Shown: piece after piece, positions 26,665 through 34,195 of the stretch
Layout: each line of letters begins with the position of its first letter
Position numbering within the stretch: position 1 is the stretch's first letter
Origin: an uncultured Gammaproteobacteria bacterium
GTDB taxonomy: Bacteria > Patescibacteriota > Microgenomatia > Levybacterales > UBA12049
NCBI GenBank assembly: GCA_964408485.1
Contig: CAYOZJ010000005.1
Span: forward strand, 13,203-77,202
Length of the DNA stretch: 64,000 bases
Direction: 5' to 3'
Made by a program: the position numbers and the translations under genes
The notes under the pieces: generated by a model
What the model saw: the letters and a program-made list of their open reading frames with translations, nothing else
Databases searched by the model: none
Told to the model about the DNA's origin: nothing

Positions 26665-27936
26665 TTATGCTAATTTAAGAAGTGATTCAAATTGTGCTGT
26701 ATCTTTAAAATCTCCAATAATTGCTAAATTAAGTGTCTCTTCAACTAAGTATTTTTTGGCAACTCGCTCTAAATCAGCAATAGTCACTGCATCAATTTTC
26801 TGCATATTCTCTTCTGGATTTTCCAACCTCTTCTCAAGTAACTCTTGATGAGCATAATAGTCTGCAACAGATCGTGAATCTTCTAAATCAAGGACAAAGT
26901 GACCTTTAATATATTCTTTTGCTTTAATAAGCTCTTCTTCCTTAATATTTCCAGGCTGTTTTATTTTTTCAAGCTCTTCTAAAATAACTTTTATTGCACT
27001 TTCTACTCTATTTTTATCTACTCCCGCTGCGGTAACAAACGTCCCACAGTCTGTATAATTATCAGAGCTTGTTCTTACATAATAGGCTAATCCTCGCTTC
27101 TCTCTAACCTCGTTAAAAAGGCGTGAACTCATTCCTCCACCTAAAATTGCTGCTAATACTTCTAGTGCGTCTTCATCTGGATGGTCAAGCCCAACAGTCC
27201 TAACCCCAAGAGCCAAATGGACTTGTTCTGTTTTTTTATTTTTAATAAAAACAGCTGGTGTTTTTTGTGCGTCTACTACCTTACTCGCTTTTATAGTGCT
27301 AAATTTACTCATTGGGCCAAAGTATTTACTTACCAATTCTTCGGCAGTTGTATCGATACCACCTGCAACAACAACAGTCATATTATCCGGACTATACAGG
27401 CTCTGCATATATGTGACAAAATCCTCCCGCGTGATTGAGCGAATAACTTCTTTTGTCCCTGCTGTGTCCCATCCCATTGGGGTATCACCATACAAAAGTC
27501 TTTCGTAGATGTCTCCTAAATTTCGCATTGGCGTATCTTCATACATATTAATTTCCTCAATAATTACTCCTTTTTCTTTTTCTATCTCTGGCTTTGGAAG
27601 CAAAGAATCAGTAAGCATATCAGACAAAAGATCGAGACATGTCTCCACATGAGTGGATTGTGCTTTTATGTAATACCCAGTCGTCTCTTTACTCGTAAAT
27701 GCGTTAAATTCTCCACCAATTCCATCGATTAATCCTGCAATATCCATTGCAGATGGACGCTTTGTTGTGCCCTTGAAAGCCATGTGCTCGAGGAAATGGG
27801 AAATACCACTATTTTTTACTGTTTCGTATCTACTTCCTGCACCAACCATCACGAGGACTGTTGCGGACTCAAAGGAAGGCATTGGGATAATGAGTACCCG
27901 AAGACCATTTGGTAAAACTGTTTTTCTGTAATCCAT
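26665..27936 (-). CDS. M16-family (pitrilysin/insulinase-like) zinc peptidase
   Basis: HxxEH zinc-binding motif (SHFLEHMAFKGT) and a two-domain length of 423 aa. Confidence 0.85.
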   Translation of the reverse strand: MDYRKTVLPNGLRVLIIPMPSFESATVLVMVGAGSRYETVKNSGISHFLEHMAFKGTTKRPSAMDIAGLIDGIGGEFNAFTSKETTGYYIKAQSTHVETCLDLLSDMLTDSLLPKPEIEKEKGVIIEEINMYEDTPMRNLGDIYERLLYGDTPMGWDTAGTKEVIRSITREDFVTYMQSLYSPDNMTVVVAGGIDTTAEELVSKYFGPMSKFSTIKASKVVDAQKTPAVFIKNKKTEQVHLALGVRTVGLDHPDEDALEVLAAILGGGMSSRLFNEVREKRGLAYYVRTSSDNYTDCGTFVTAAGVDKNRVESAIKVILEELEKIKQPGNIKEEELIKAKEYIKGHFVLDLEDSRSVADYYAHQELLEKRLENPEENMQKIDAVTIADLERVAKKYLVEETLNLAIIGDFKDTAQFESLLKLA

Positions 27937-28680
27937 ACGTTCTAGACGATTGAAAATAGAATATGGAAGATAGGTTTAGAAGATGGAAAAATTGAGGATG
28001 GATTAGGACTTTCTATATTCTATTCTCAACCTTCTACCCCTATTTTCTACTATCAACCTTCTATTTCTTTCCATCTCAAAGTATATCACTGGAAAATTGG
28101 GTGGACAAGAGGGAAAAAAGGAAAAATTATTTCTTTTCCAGCTTATCCAGCTCTTCTCTTATAACGCTGGCTTCCAATTCAAGCCTTCGTGCAGCTGCAG
28201 GGTCATCAACCAATGAAGCACGCTCTCTTTTTGTGAGCCCATGCAAATTGCATAGATTCTAAGATAGATTGTGGAGAAATTCCCTTGCCTTGAGATCTTC
28301 TTCTAAAAGAGCTAAGACCTTCTCTATATCTTTCTCGAGGATCTTTATCTCGTTGTGGTCCAGAATTGGTAGATGTTCTCATGTCTGTATTATACTACAG
28401 GATTTCAAGTAGATCAATTGTATTTTGACTTATAGTAGGTATTACTGATAAAATCAGCTTGTATGAAAAAATGTCCTGCATTTATTGACGCTCTCCCTGG
28501 AGTGGGTGACGTTGCATGCGGTGAGAAACGTCAAGAAGGAATTTACAATATGAGAAGACGCTGTCCAATTAAAAATCAAACTACCGAAAATTGTGAAATA
28601 GAAGGCCCTCTTGCTCCTTGGTTTGTGCGCAAATGGGAACATACCAGAGATGCTACAAAAAGAAGATAAAAACTTAATGT

Positions 28681-30510
28681 CTACATTTTCTCAGGAGCTT
28701 GGATACCAAGCAAATTAAGGCCTTGTTTTAAGACAATTCCCACTCCTTGAGTCAGCGCAAGTCTAAATTCTTTTTCTTTTTCTGAATCTGCATTCAGAAT
28801 TCTGTATTTTTGATAGAAATTGTTAAACATCTGAGATAACTCAAACACATATTCACAAATCATATTTGGTGCATAATTCTCTGCTGCAGATTCTACAGTT
28901 GGACCAAATTGAACAAGTTTTTGTAGTAAGATTTTCTCCTCACTCTGGGGTGTATAATCTGAGGATAATCTATTTTTTGCCTGAGCTGTGCCGCTTCGGG
29001 GAAGCAAATACTGAGTCGAGTGTCGAAGGCCCTTCGACTCACTCTGTTCGCTCAGGGAAGAAGAATTACTTTGGGCTTTACTTAAAACACTTTGGGTCCT
29101 GGCATATGTATACTGAATGTACGGTCCAGAATGCCCATCAAGAGATACTGATTTTTCAATATCAAAAACAGCATTCTGTGCTGTCCCACCTTTGAGAACC
29201 GAATATTTCACTGCACCGATGGTTACTTTTTCCAAAGCTTCATCTCTCTCTTCTCCAACAACTTTCCCTTCTTTAAAAAGACTGTCTGCAGCTGCCTTCA
29301 CCTGGTCAATAAGCCAATCAACAGTGAGTATATCTCCCGTACGTGAGCTCATTTTTTTACCAACCAACTGAACCATTCCCATAGACAGATGATATTGCTT
29401 ATCTTTAAACTTCTCTGGATCAAGTAATTCTAGGGCCTTGAAAACTACTTGAAAATACCCAGCCTGTTCATTGGCAACCACATGAATTTTTTTATCGAAG
29501 TGACTGGCTTCCCATTCATCATATGCATTTTGCATTTCTTTTCCTTCATACGTTGGATTTCCAGCTTGAGTTATGAATACACGCGTGTGAAGACCATACC
29601 TCTCGCCTGGGAAAATAACTGATCCATCTGGATCTTTAACAAATATTTTCCCAACATTTTTCTCAACAAGTTGCTTTCCCTTCTCATACATTTGGCTTTC
29701 TAAGAAAAGCTTGTCGTATTTTGTATAAAACCTACTATAAAACTCATCATAATAATCCATGCTCCACTTGTGCGTTTGCACATACATATCCCAGTGGTAT
29801 CCAGGTACTTTTCGATATAAATCATTATTAATTTTGTCAATTTTTTCCCTTTCCTGCTCATAATCAAGGTTCCCTCGAACATATCCTTCTCCTAAAAAGT
29901 GCGACTTGTCTTTTGCACTCCATTCCTCAACTTCATCAAGTTTTAAATCCTTTTCCTGCATGATTTTTTCTATACCATAGATTGCTTTCGCAACATGTGG
30001 TCCAATATCACCTTGGTAATTCGCACGGAAAACCTTAGCTCCTTGAGATTCTAAAAGCCTAGAAAGAGACTCACCTGTAATAAGCGTACGCATATGGCCA
30101 ATATGCATTTCTTTATGTGTATTTGGATGAGCAAATTCAACAAGATATTGAATATTTTCCATTTTCTTTGTTGTGGCAACTTTTTCCGGAGCATTAAGCA
30201 CATGCTCGAGATCCTTTTTTAATGTCTCTGCTGATAAGTAAAAATTAATAAACCCTGGGGTAGCTGCTTCTACTTTTTCTAGTTCTCCTGAGCCTGCCGA
30301 ATGGATTCCCGAGTAATTACCGAACTCCTTAACTATTTCTTGAGCAGTATCCAGTGGACTTTTACCTAAAATCTTGGATAATTGAAAAGCAACATTACTT
30401 GTGTAATCACCTTTACTGATATCTTTTGGTATAGATATTATAGTATTTACCTGCTTATCTGTTAATTTCTTAACAACTTCTTGTAATTTTTTTTGTAATT
30501 TATCTTTCAT
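28681..30510 (-). CDS. argS: Arginine--tRNA ligase
   Basis: HIGH motif (MHIGHMRT) and a C-terminal DALR domain ending LNLLGIQAPEKM. Contains the in-frame A-family repeat insertion 28975-29060. Confidence 0.9.
   Translation of the reverse strand: MKDKLQKKLQEVVKKLTDKQVNTIISIPKDISKGDYTSNVAFQLSKILGKSPLDTAQEIVKEFGNYSGIHSAGSGELEKVEAATPGFINFYLSAETLKKDLEHVLNAPEKVATTKKMENIQYLVEFAHPNTHKEMHIGHMRTLITGESLSRLLESQGAKVFRANYQGDIGPHVAKAIYGIEKIMQEKDLKLDEVEEWSAKDKSHFLGEGYVRGNLDYEQEREKIDKINNDLYRKVPGYHWDMYVQTHKWSMDYYDEFYSRFYTKYDKLFLESQMYEKGKQLVEKNVGKIFVKDPDGSVIFPGERYGLHTRVFITQAGNPTYEGKEMQNAYDEWEASHFDKKIHVVANEQAGYFQVVFKALELLDPEKFKDKQYHLSMGMVQLVGKKMSSRTGDILTVDWLIDQVKAAADSLFKEGKVVGEERDEALEKVTIGAVKYSVLKGGTAQNAVFDIEKSVSLDGHSGPYIQYTYARTQSVLSKAQSNSSSLSEQSESKGLRHSTQYLLPRSGTAQAKNRLSSDYTPQSEEKILLQKLVQFGPTVESAAENYAPNMICEYVFELSQMFNNFYQKYRILNADSEKEKEFRLALTQGVGIVLKQGLNLLGIQAPEKM
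28975..29060. repeat. A-family palindromic repeat element inserted in frame in argS
   Basis: cctgagctgtgccgcttcggggaagcaaatactgagtcgagtgtcgaaggcccttcgactcactctgttcgctcagggaag; a near-identical copy is in leuS at 43121-43201. Confidence 0.85.
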
Positions 30511-30516
30511 AGTTTT

Positions 30517-30575
30517 GTCATTCCTACGAAGGCAGGAATCTAGTTTCTGGATCCCGGATCAAGTCCGGGATGACA
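30517..30575. repeat. B-family-like hairpin element between argS and the MBL gene (overlaps the last 5 codons of the MBL gene)
   Basis: gtcattcctacgaaggcaggaatc ... gatcccggatcaagtccgggatgac. Confidence 0.5.
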
Positions 30576-31149
30576 TCTTTTTATTCTCAAACATTTTTCC
30601 ATGACCCGGAATAATCCAATCTGCTAGCTCCAAAATTTCTTTACGTGAAGTAACTAACTCATCCATCTTTTCTGCAAAATCATCCGATTTTTCTACATTT
30701 ACCACCTGCTCTTCTCCTTCTGACCACCAAAAACAATCTCCTGCAGCAACAACTGTGCCATTTTCTGTTGGAACAACAAGAGAAGCATGCGCATATTCGT
30801 GCCCAGGGGTTGCAATAACAGTAATATCTGTGTCGGGAAGCATTTTTACGCCTGCAACAGCAACAGACTGCATGTAGACAGCCTCTTCATCTATTACTTT
30901 TGCATTAGGAAATAATCCCACATTCATTGCATGATCCAAATGATGATGGGTAATAAAGACCATATCGATATCTTCAATGCTTAAACTTCTCTTTTTAAGC
31001 TCTGCAAATAATAAATCCCTATTTGCTCCAGGATCTACAAGAATCTTCTTGCCACTACCAGTCACAATAAGAGTACAGGAGCTGCTTGCATCCCAACCAG
31101 CCTCAGTTATCTTTGCATATCCTTCAATTAAAACGTCAACTTTATTCAT
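30559..31149 (-). CDS. MBL-fold metallo-hydrolase
   Basis: HxHxDH motif (ITHHHLDH) and further His/Asp ligands. Confidence 0.8.
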   Translation of the reverse strand: MNKVDVLIEGYAKITEAGWDASSSCTLIVTGSGKKILVDPGANRDLLFAELKKRSLSIEDIDMVFITHHHLDHAMNVGLFPNAKVIDEEAVYMQSVAVAGVKMLPDTDITVIATPGHEYAHASLVVPTENGTVVAAGDCFWWSEGEEQVVNVEKSDDFAEKMDELVTSRKEILELADWIIPGHGKMFENKKMSSRT

Positions 31150-31294
31150 ACTACAGCTATTATACTCACAACAGATTCTGTTTTAAACCATAAAAAAATC
31201 CGCTCCTTCAGGCCTCCTTACTGAGGCCCTGAAGCAACGGACTTTCGGAAGTACTACTTTACTACAGGTTAGCGTGCCTGTCAAGGGGGTAAAA

Positions 31295-31687
31295 TTAGGC
31301 AAAATTACCCTGATCAGATGCATCTGGTGCATTGGTACCATGATGGGTAAATCGCAAATCCTCACTGTTAATGCCTACAACAGTACTTCCACCAGGACCA
31401 AAGCGTGAAATTCTTGCGGGACCGATAACATTTTTACGCGTAATAGTCATTCCCACTGTTGGCCCGTCATCTTTAGCTATAACGCTCCCATCATTATTAC
31501 TACTTACGGTAGTTGAGCCATTGTCTGGTATTACTCTTGTTCCATCCGCTAATGTTTATGTGCCAATACTGTCAACAACTCCCAATCCTTTTCCTACTGG
31601 CACAGGACTAGCATAAATAACACGTGTACCGTTAATTCCTCTATCAACAGCTGGCAAAAGTGCTTCACCGATTAATCTTCCAATCAT
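31295..31687 (-). pseudogene. Interrupted ORF of ~130 codons with a single in-frame TAA (31556-31558)
   Basis: Translation runs MIGRLIGEALLPAVDRGINGTRVIYASPVPVGKGLGVVDSIGT, then a stop, then TLADGTRVIPDNGSTTVSS...GNFA, all in one frame. Confidence 0.4.
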
Positions 31688-31771
31688 TAATCTATTATAT
31701 CATCACTACAGGATAATTCAAGTCTATTTTGCCTTGATTATTACTATAAACGGAGTATAATAATCGGATCT

Positions 31772-32038
31772 ATGGGAATTGAAGTTGAAGAAGCAGGAAA
31801 CAGCACTCTTCCTCAAGGAGGAAAATTTGAGAAATTAACTGATAGTAGAAGATATGCTATCTTGGATTCTTCTGGTCACCCTACTGAAGCTACAGTTCGA
31901 ACATTTCCTCGAGGTGTGGGTCAAGGAGGTTCTGCACACGTTAAAAGAGAAATTTTAGGTGAAACAGAAAGAGTAGAAATCAAAGCTGGTGAGAGAAGAC
32001 CTTTGGGTATAGGCGGTATTGTTTTAAAGGGTTATTAA
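31772..32038 (+). CDS. Hypothetical protein (88 aa)
   Basis: ORF only. Confidence 0.25.
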   Translation: MGIEVEEAGNSTLPQGGKFEKLTDSRRYAILDSSGHPTEATVRTFPRGVGQGGSAHVKREILGETERVEIKAGERRPLGIGGIVLKGY

Positions 32039-32149
32039 TCCTTTCCTCTTGACACCATTCCCCCATTGGTTCAGTATAAAACTAGAGGAGTTACCCTCAC
32101 CTTAATCCTCTCTCTGTCAACAGGGCGAGGAAAATCAAGGAAGGAAAGC

Positions 32150-32587
32150 ATGAAGATACTTTTAATTGATGACGAGGAAGCAATCTTGGATGTTTTTAAG
32201 CAAGCCTTAGAAACCTCCAATTTTGAAGTTATTACCGCACTTACTGGCTCTGAGGGAATGGACAAAACCAAAAATGAGCATCCGGATGTTATTTTTCTTG
32301 ACCAAGTTTTGCCTGACATGAATGGTAATCAAGTACTGCAACAACTAAAGGCAGATCCTGATACAAAGGCCATACCCATTGCAATTCTTTCCAACTTTAA
32401 CCAAGACACACTTGTCCAAAATGCGATGAAAATGGGTGCGTCAGACTATATATTAAAGTATCAAATATCACCAAATGATTTGGCTACAAAGGCTAACGCA
32501 CTTTTACAGGAAGTACACAAAGCAGAGCCTTCTCCACAAACCATTCACCCGGTTAAAATAGTACCAAAAATAGAAATTAAGAATTAA
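32150..32587 (+). CDS. Response-regulator receiver (CheY-like) single-domain protein
   Basis: MKILLIDDEEAIL...FLDQVLPDMNG...AIPIAILSN plus an SD-like aaggaaag upstream; ATG at 32150 within listed ORF 32066-32587. Confidence 0.8.
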   Translation: MKILLIDDEEAILDVFKQALETSNFEVITALTGSEGMDKTKNEHPDVIFLDQVLPDMNGNQVLQQLKADPDTKAIPIAILSNFNQDTLVQNAMKMGASDYILKYQISPNDLATKANALLQEVHKAEPSPQTIHPVKIVPKIEIKN

Positions 32588-32598
32588 AATTTTATACT

Positions 32599-33027
32599 AT
32601 GAATCCAAATCAGGACTACAAACAACTATTAACAGAAGTTATTAAAAAACAAATTGTTATTTTAGGTCCAGATATTACGCTTTCCAAAGCTCGCAATGTG
32701 AAAGGACTTGTGGTTGCAAATGATGGAACTGTTACTGCATATACGGGCGAGCCTCAAGCAGTAACTCAAGCATTGATTGATCAATTTGTCCAACTTTCTG
32801 GCCTTATCGTAAAGCAGACAATGGAACCACTTCTCTCGATGCCACAACCAACACTTCAAAACCCTTCTGTCATTGCGAGTGAAACGAAGCAATCTAATAC
32901 TAATAACGAGATTGCCGCGTCGCAAGCTCCTCGCAATGACGTGAGTACACCAGCTCAACCTATTACATCTGTGGCTACTCCCCCTACAACCACCCCTACT
33001 CCTGCTAAAAATCCATTGGCAGCATAA
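32599..33027 (+). CDS. Hypothetical protein with a Pro/Thr-rich C-terminus
   Basis: ORF translationally coupled to the receiver gene; contains in-frame repeat element B2 (32869-32940). Confidence 0.4.
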   Translation: MNPNQDYKQLLTEVIKKQIVILGPDITLSKARNVKGLVVANDGTVTAYTGEPQAVTQALIDQFVQLSGLIVKQTMEPLLSMPQPTLQNPSVIASETKQSNTNNEIAASQAPRNDVSTPAQPITSVATPPTTTPTPAKNPLAA

Positions 33028-33030
33028 CTG

Positions 33031-33060
33031 TATTGACCCCGATTGAATCGGGGTTGACAA
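33031..33060. promoter_or_regulatory. Palindromic motif (F family): TATTGACCCCGATTGAATCGGGGTTGACAA
   Basis: Perfect 9-bp arms accccgatt / aatcggggt, 4 nt after the stop of the preceding gene. Confidence 0.5.
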
Positions 33061-33124
33061 TTGATCAATGATGGTTGACTATTAAATAGATCCTGGAATT
33101 GGAAGGATGCGCCAGAAAGGAAAG

Positions 33125-33207
33125 TAACCTAATTATCTAATTGACCTAATTAACCTAAAGATAAAGTACCTTATTTTTAGAAATTAGAAATTAGAAATTA
33201 GAAATTT
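33125..33207. repeat. D-family AT-rich intergenic repeat (copy 3) with (agaaatt)x4 at 33178-33205
   Basis: taacctaattatctaattgacctaattaacctaa ... tttttagaaattagaaattagaaattagaaatt. Confidence 0.65.
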
Positions 33208-33213
33208 TAGGCT

Positions 33214-33573
33214 ATGCTTAATATTGACCCACAACGATTATTAACCGTCATAATAGAGGCTGGAAGCTTTATGTCTGCATTTGCCGCAATCGCTGCTGGC
33301 ATTGTCATGGCCAGTGTCACCAAGAAATTTGGTACAGGTATTTTAGCAAGTGGGTTTAAAACAAATTCGTGGGGAGTATTTTTTATTGCATTTGGCATTA
33401 TTATTGACGCGCTCAATTCGTACCTGACTGTTAACAACTATACTGCAGTACTTCCACCATATGTTTCGATATGTATTCTTTTGGCAAAAGAAGCGTGCTT
33501 TGTTGTTGGTACATACATTATTGTTATTGGAAGCAAGAAAACAGGTGATAAATTAGAATCCCTCATGAAATAA
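33214..33573 (+). CDS. Small membrane protein (119 aa, ~3 TM)
   Basis: Hydrophobic ORF between the receiver and sigma-factor genes. Confidence 0.45.
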   Translation: MLNIDPQRLLTVIIEAGSFMSAFAAIAAGIVMASVTKKFGTGILASGFKTNSWGVFFIAFGIIIDALNSYLTVNNYTAVLPPYVSICILLAKEACFVVGTYIIVIGSKKTGDKLESLMK

Positions 33574-33586
33574 TTCCCCATTGCCA

Positions 33587-33616
33587 TTGCTTTTATCTTC
33601 TCTACAGCCTTATAAT
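33587..33616 (+). promoter_or_regulatory. Sigma70-like promoter TTGCTT-N17/18-TATAAT upstream of the sigma factor gene
   Basis: TTGCTT 33587-33592, TATAAT 33611-33616, ATG at 33627. Confidence 0.45.
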
Positions 33617-33626
33617 ACGTCAACTT

Positions 33627-34154
33627 ATGGCTACTGACGAAGCAAGGCAGTACGAACAAATCAATGAAAACTGGGATAGCTTAATGCGTACTGCATTAGG
33701 AAAAGGATTAAGCCCTCAAGATGCTCAGGACGCTGTTCAAAATGCATATCTAACTGTTCTCTCCAAACCCAAATATAGATCAACGGCGCATGTAGGCACA
33801 TTGGTTGCTGTTACCAGATCCAGAGCAGTAGATCTTCAGAGAAGAAATGCTCCAGGAAAAAGACGAGCACAACCAATAGATAGCTTACCAATACATGCGC
33901 AGGAAATATTACTCAGAGATCATCAAACAGAAAGCCCCGAAGCTGTAGCTCTGAGACGAGAAGAGTATGCAGCAATTAGTGATGGATTAAGTAAAACCAA
34001 ACCAAATAACAGAAGAGCGTTTCTTCTTCATGTCAGGGAAGGTATGCCATATAGCGAAATTGCAGATACAACTGAAACAAGCACCAGTAACGTAAAGACA
34101 CAAATTCATAGAGCTCGAGGAAGTATTAAAAAATCTGTTAGCCAACTCGGGTAG
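33627..34154 (+). CDS. ECF-type sigma-70 family RNA polymerase sigma factor
   Basis: Region 2 (AQDAVQNAYLTVLSKPKYRS...TRSRAVDLQRR) and region 4 HTH (MPYSEIADTTETSTSNVKTQIHRARGSI). Confidence 0.8.
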   Translation: MATDEARQYEQINENWDSLMRTALGKGLSPQDAQDAVQNAYLTVLSKPKYRSTAHVGTLVAVTRSRAVDLQRRNAPGKRRAQPIDSLPIHAQEILLRDHQTESPEAVALRREEYAAISDGLSKTKPNNRRAFLLHVREGMPYSEIADTTETSTSNVKTQIHRARGSIKKSVSQLG

Positions 34155-34195
34155 TTCCCCTTTACTTTTTTCTTTCCCCTTTCCATACTAATTGT

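Noticed and set aside
28140-31690. Possible stop-codon reassignment (in-frame TAG at ~28270 and TAA at 31556)
   Set aside because: TAA, TAG and TGA each terminate well-conserved genes here (rplK/nusG TAA, galU TAG, the Tat-signal gene TGA), and the two interrupted ORFs use different stops. Pseudogenes or sequencing errors are more parsimonious.
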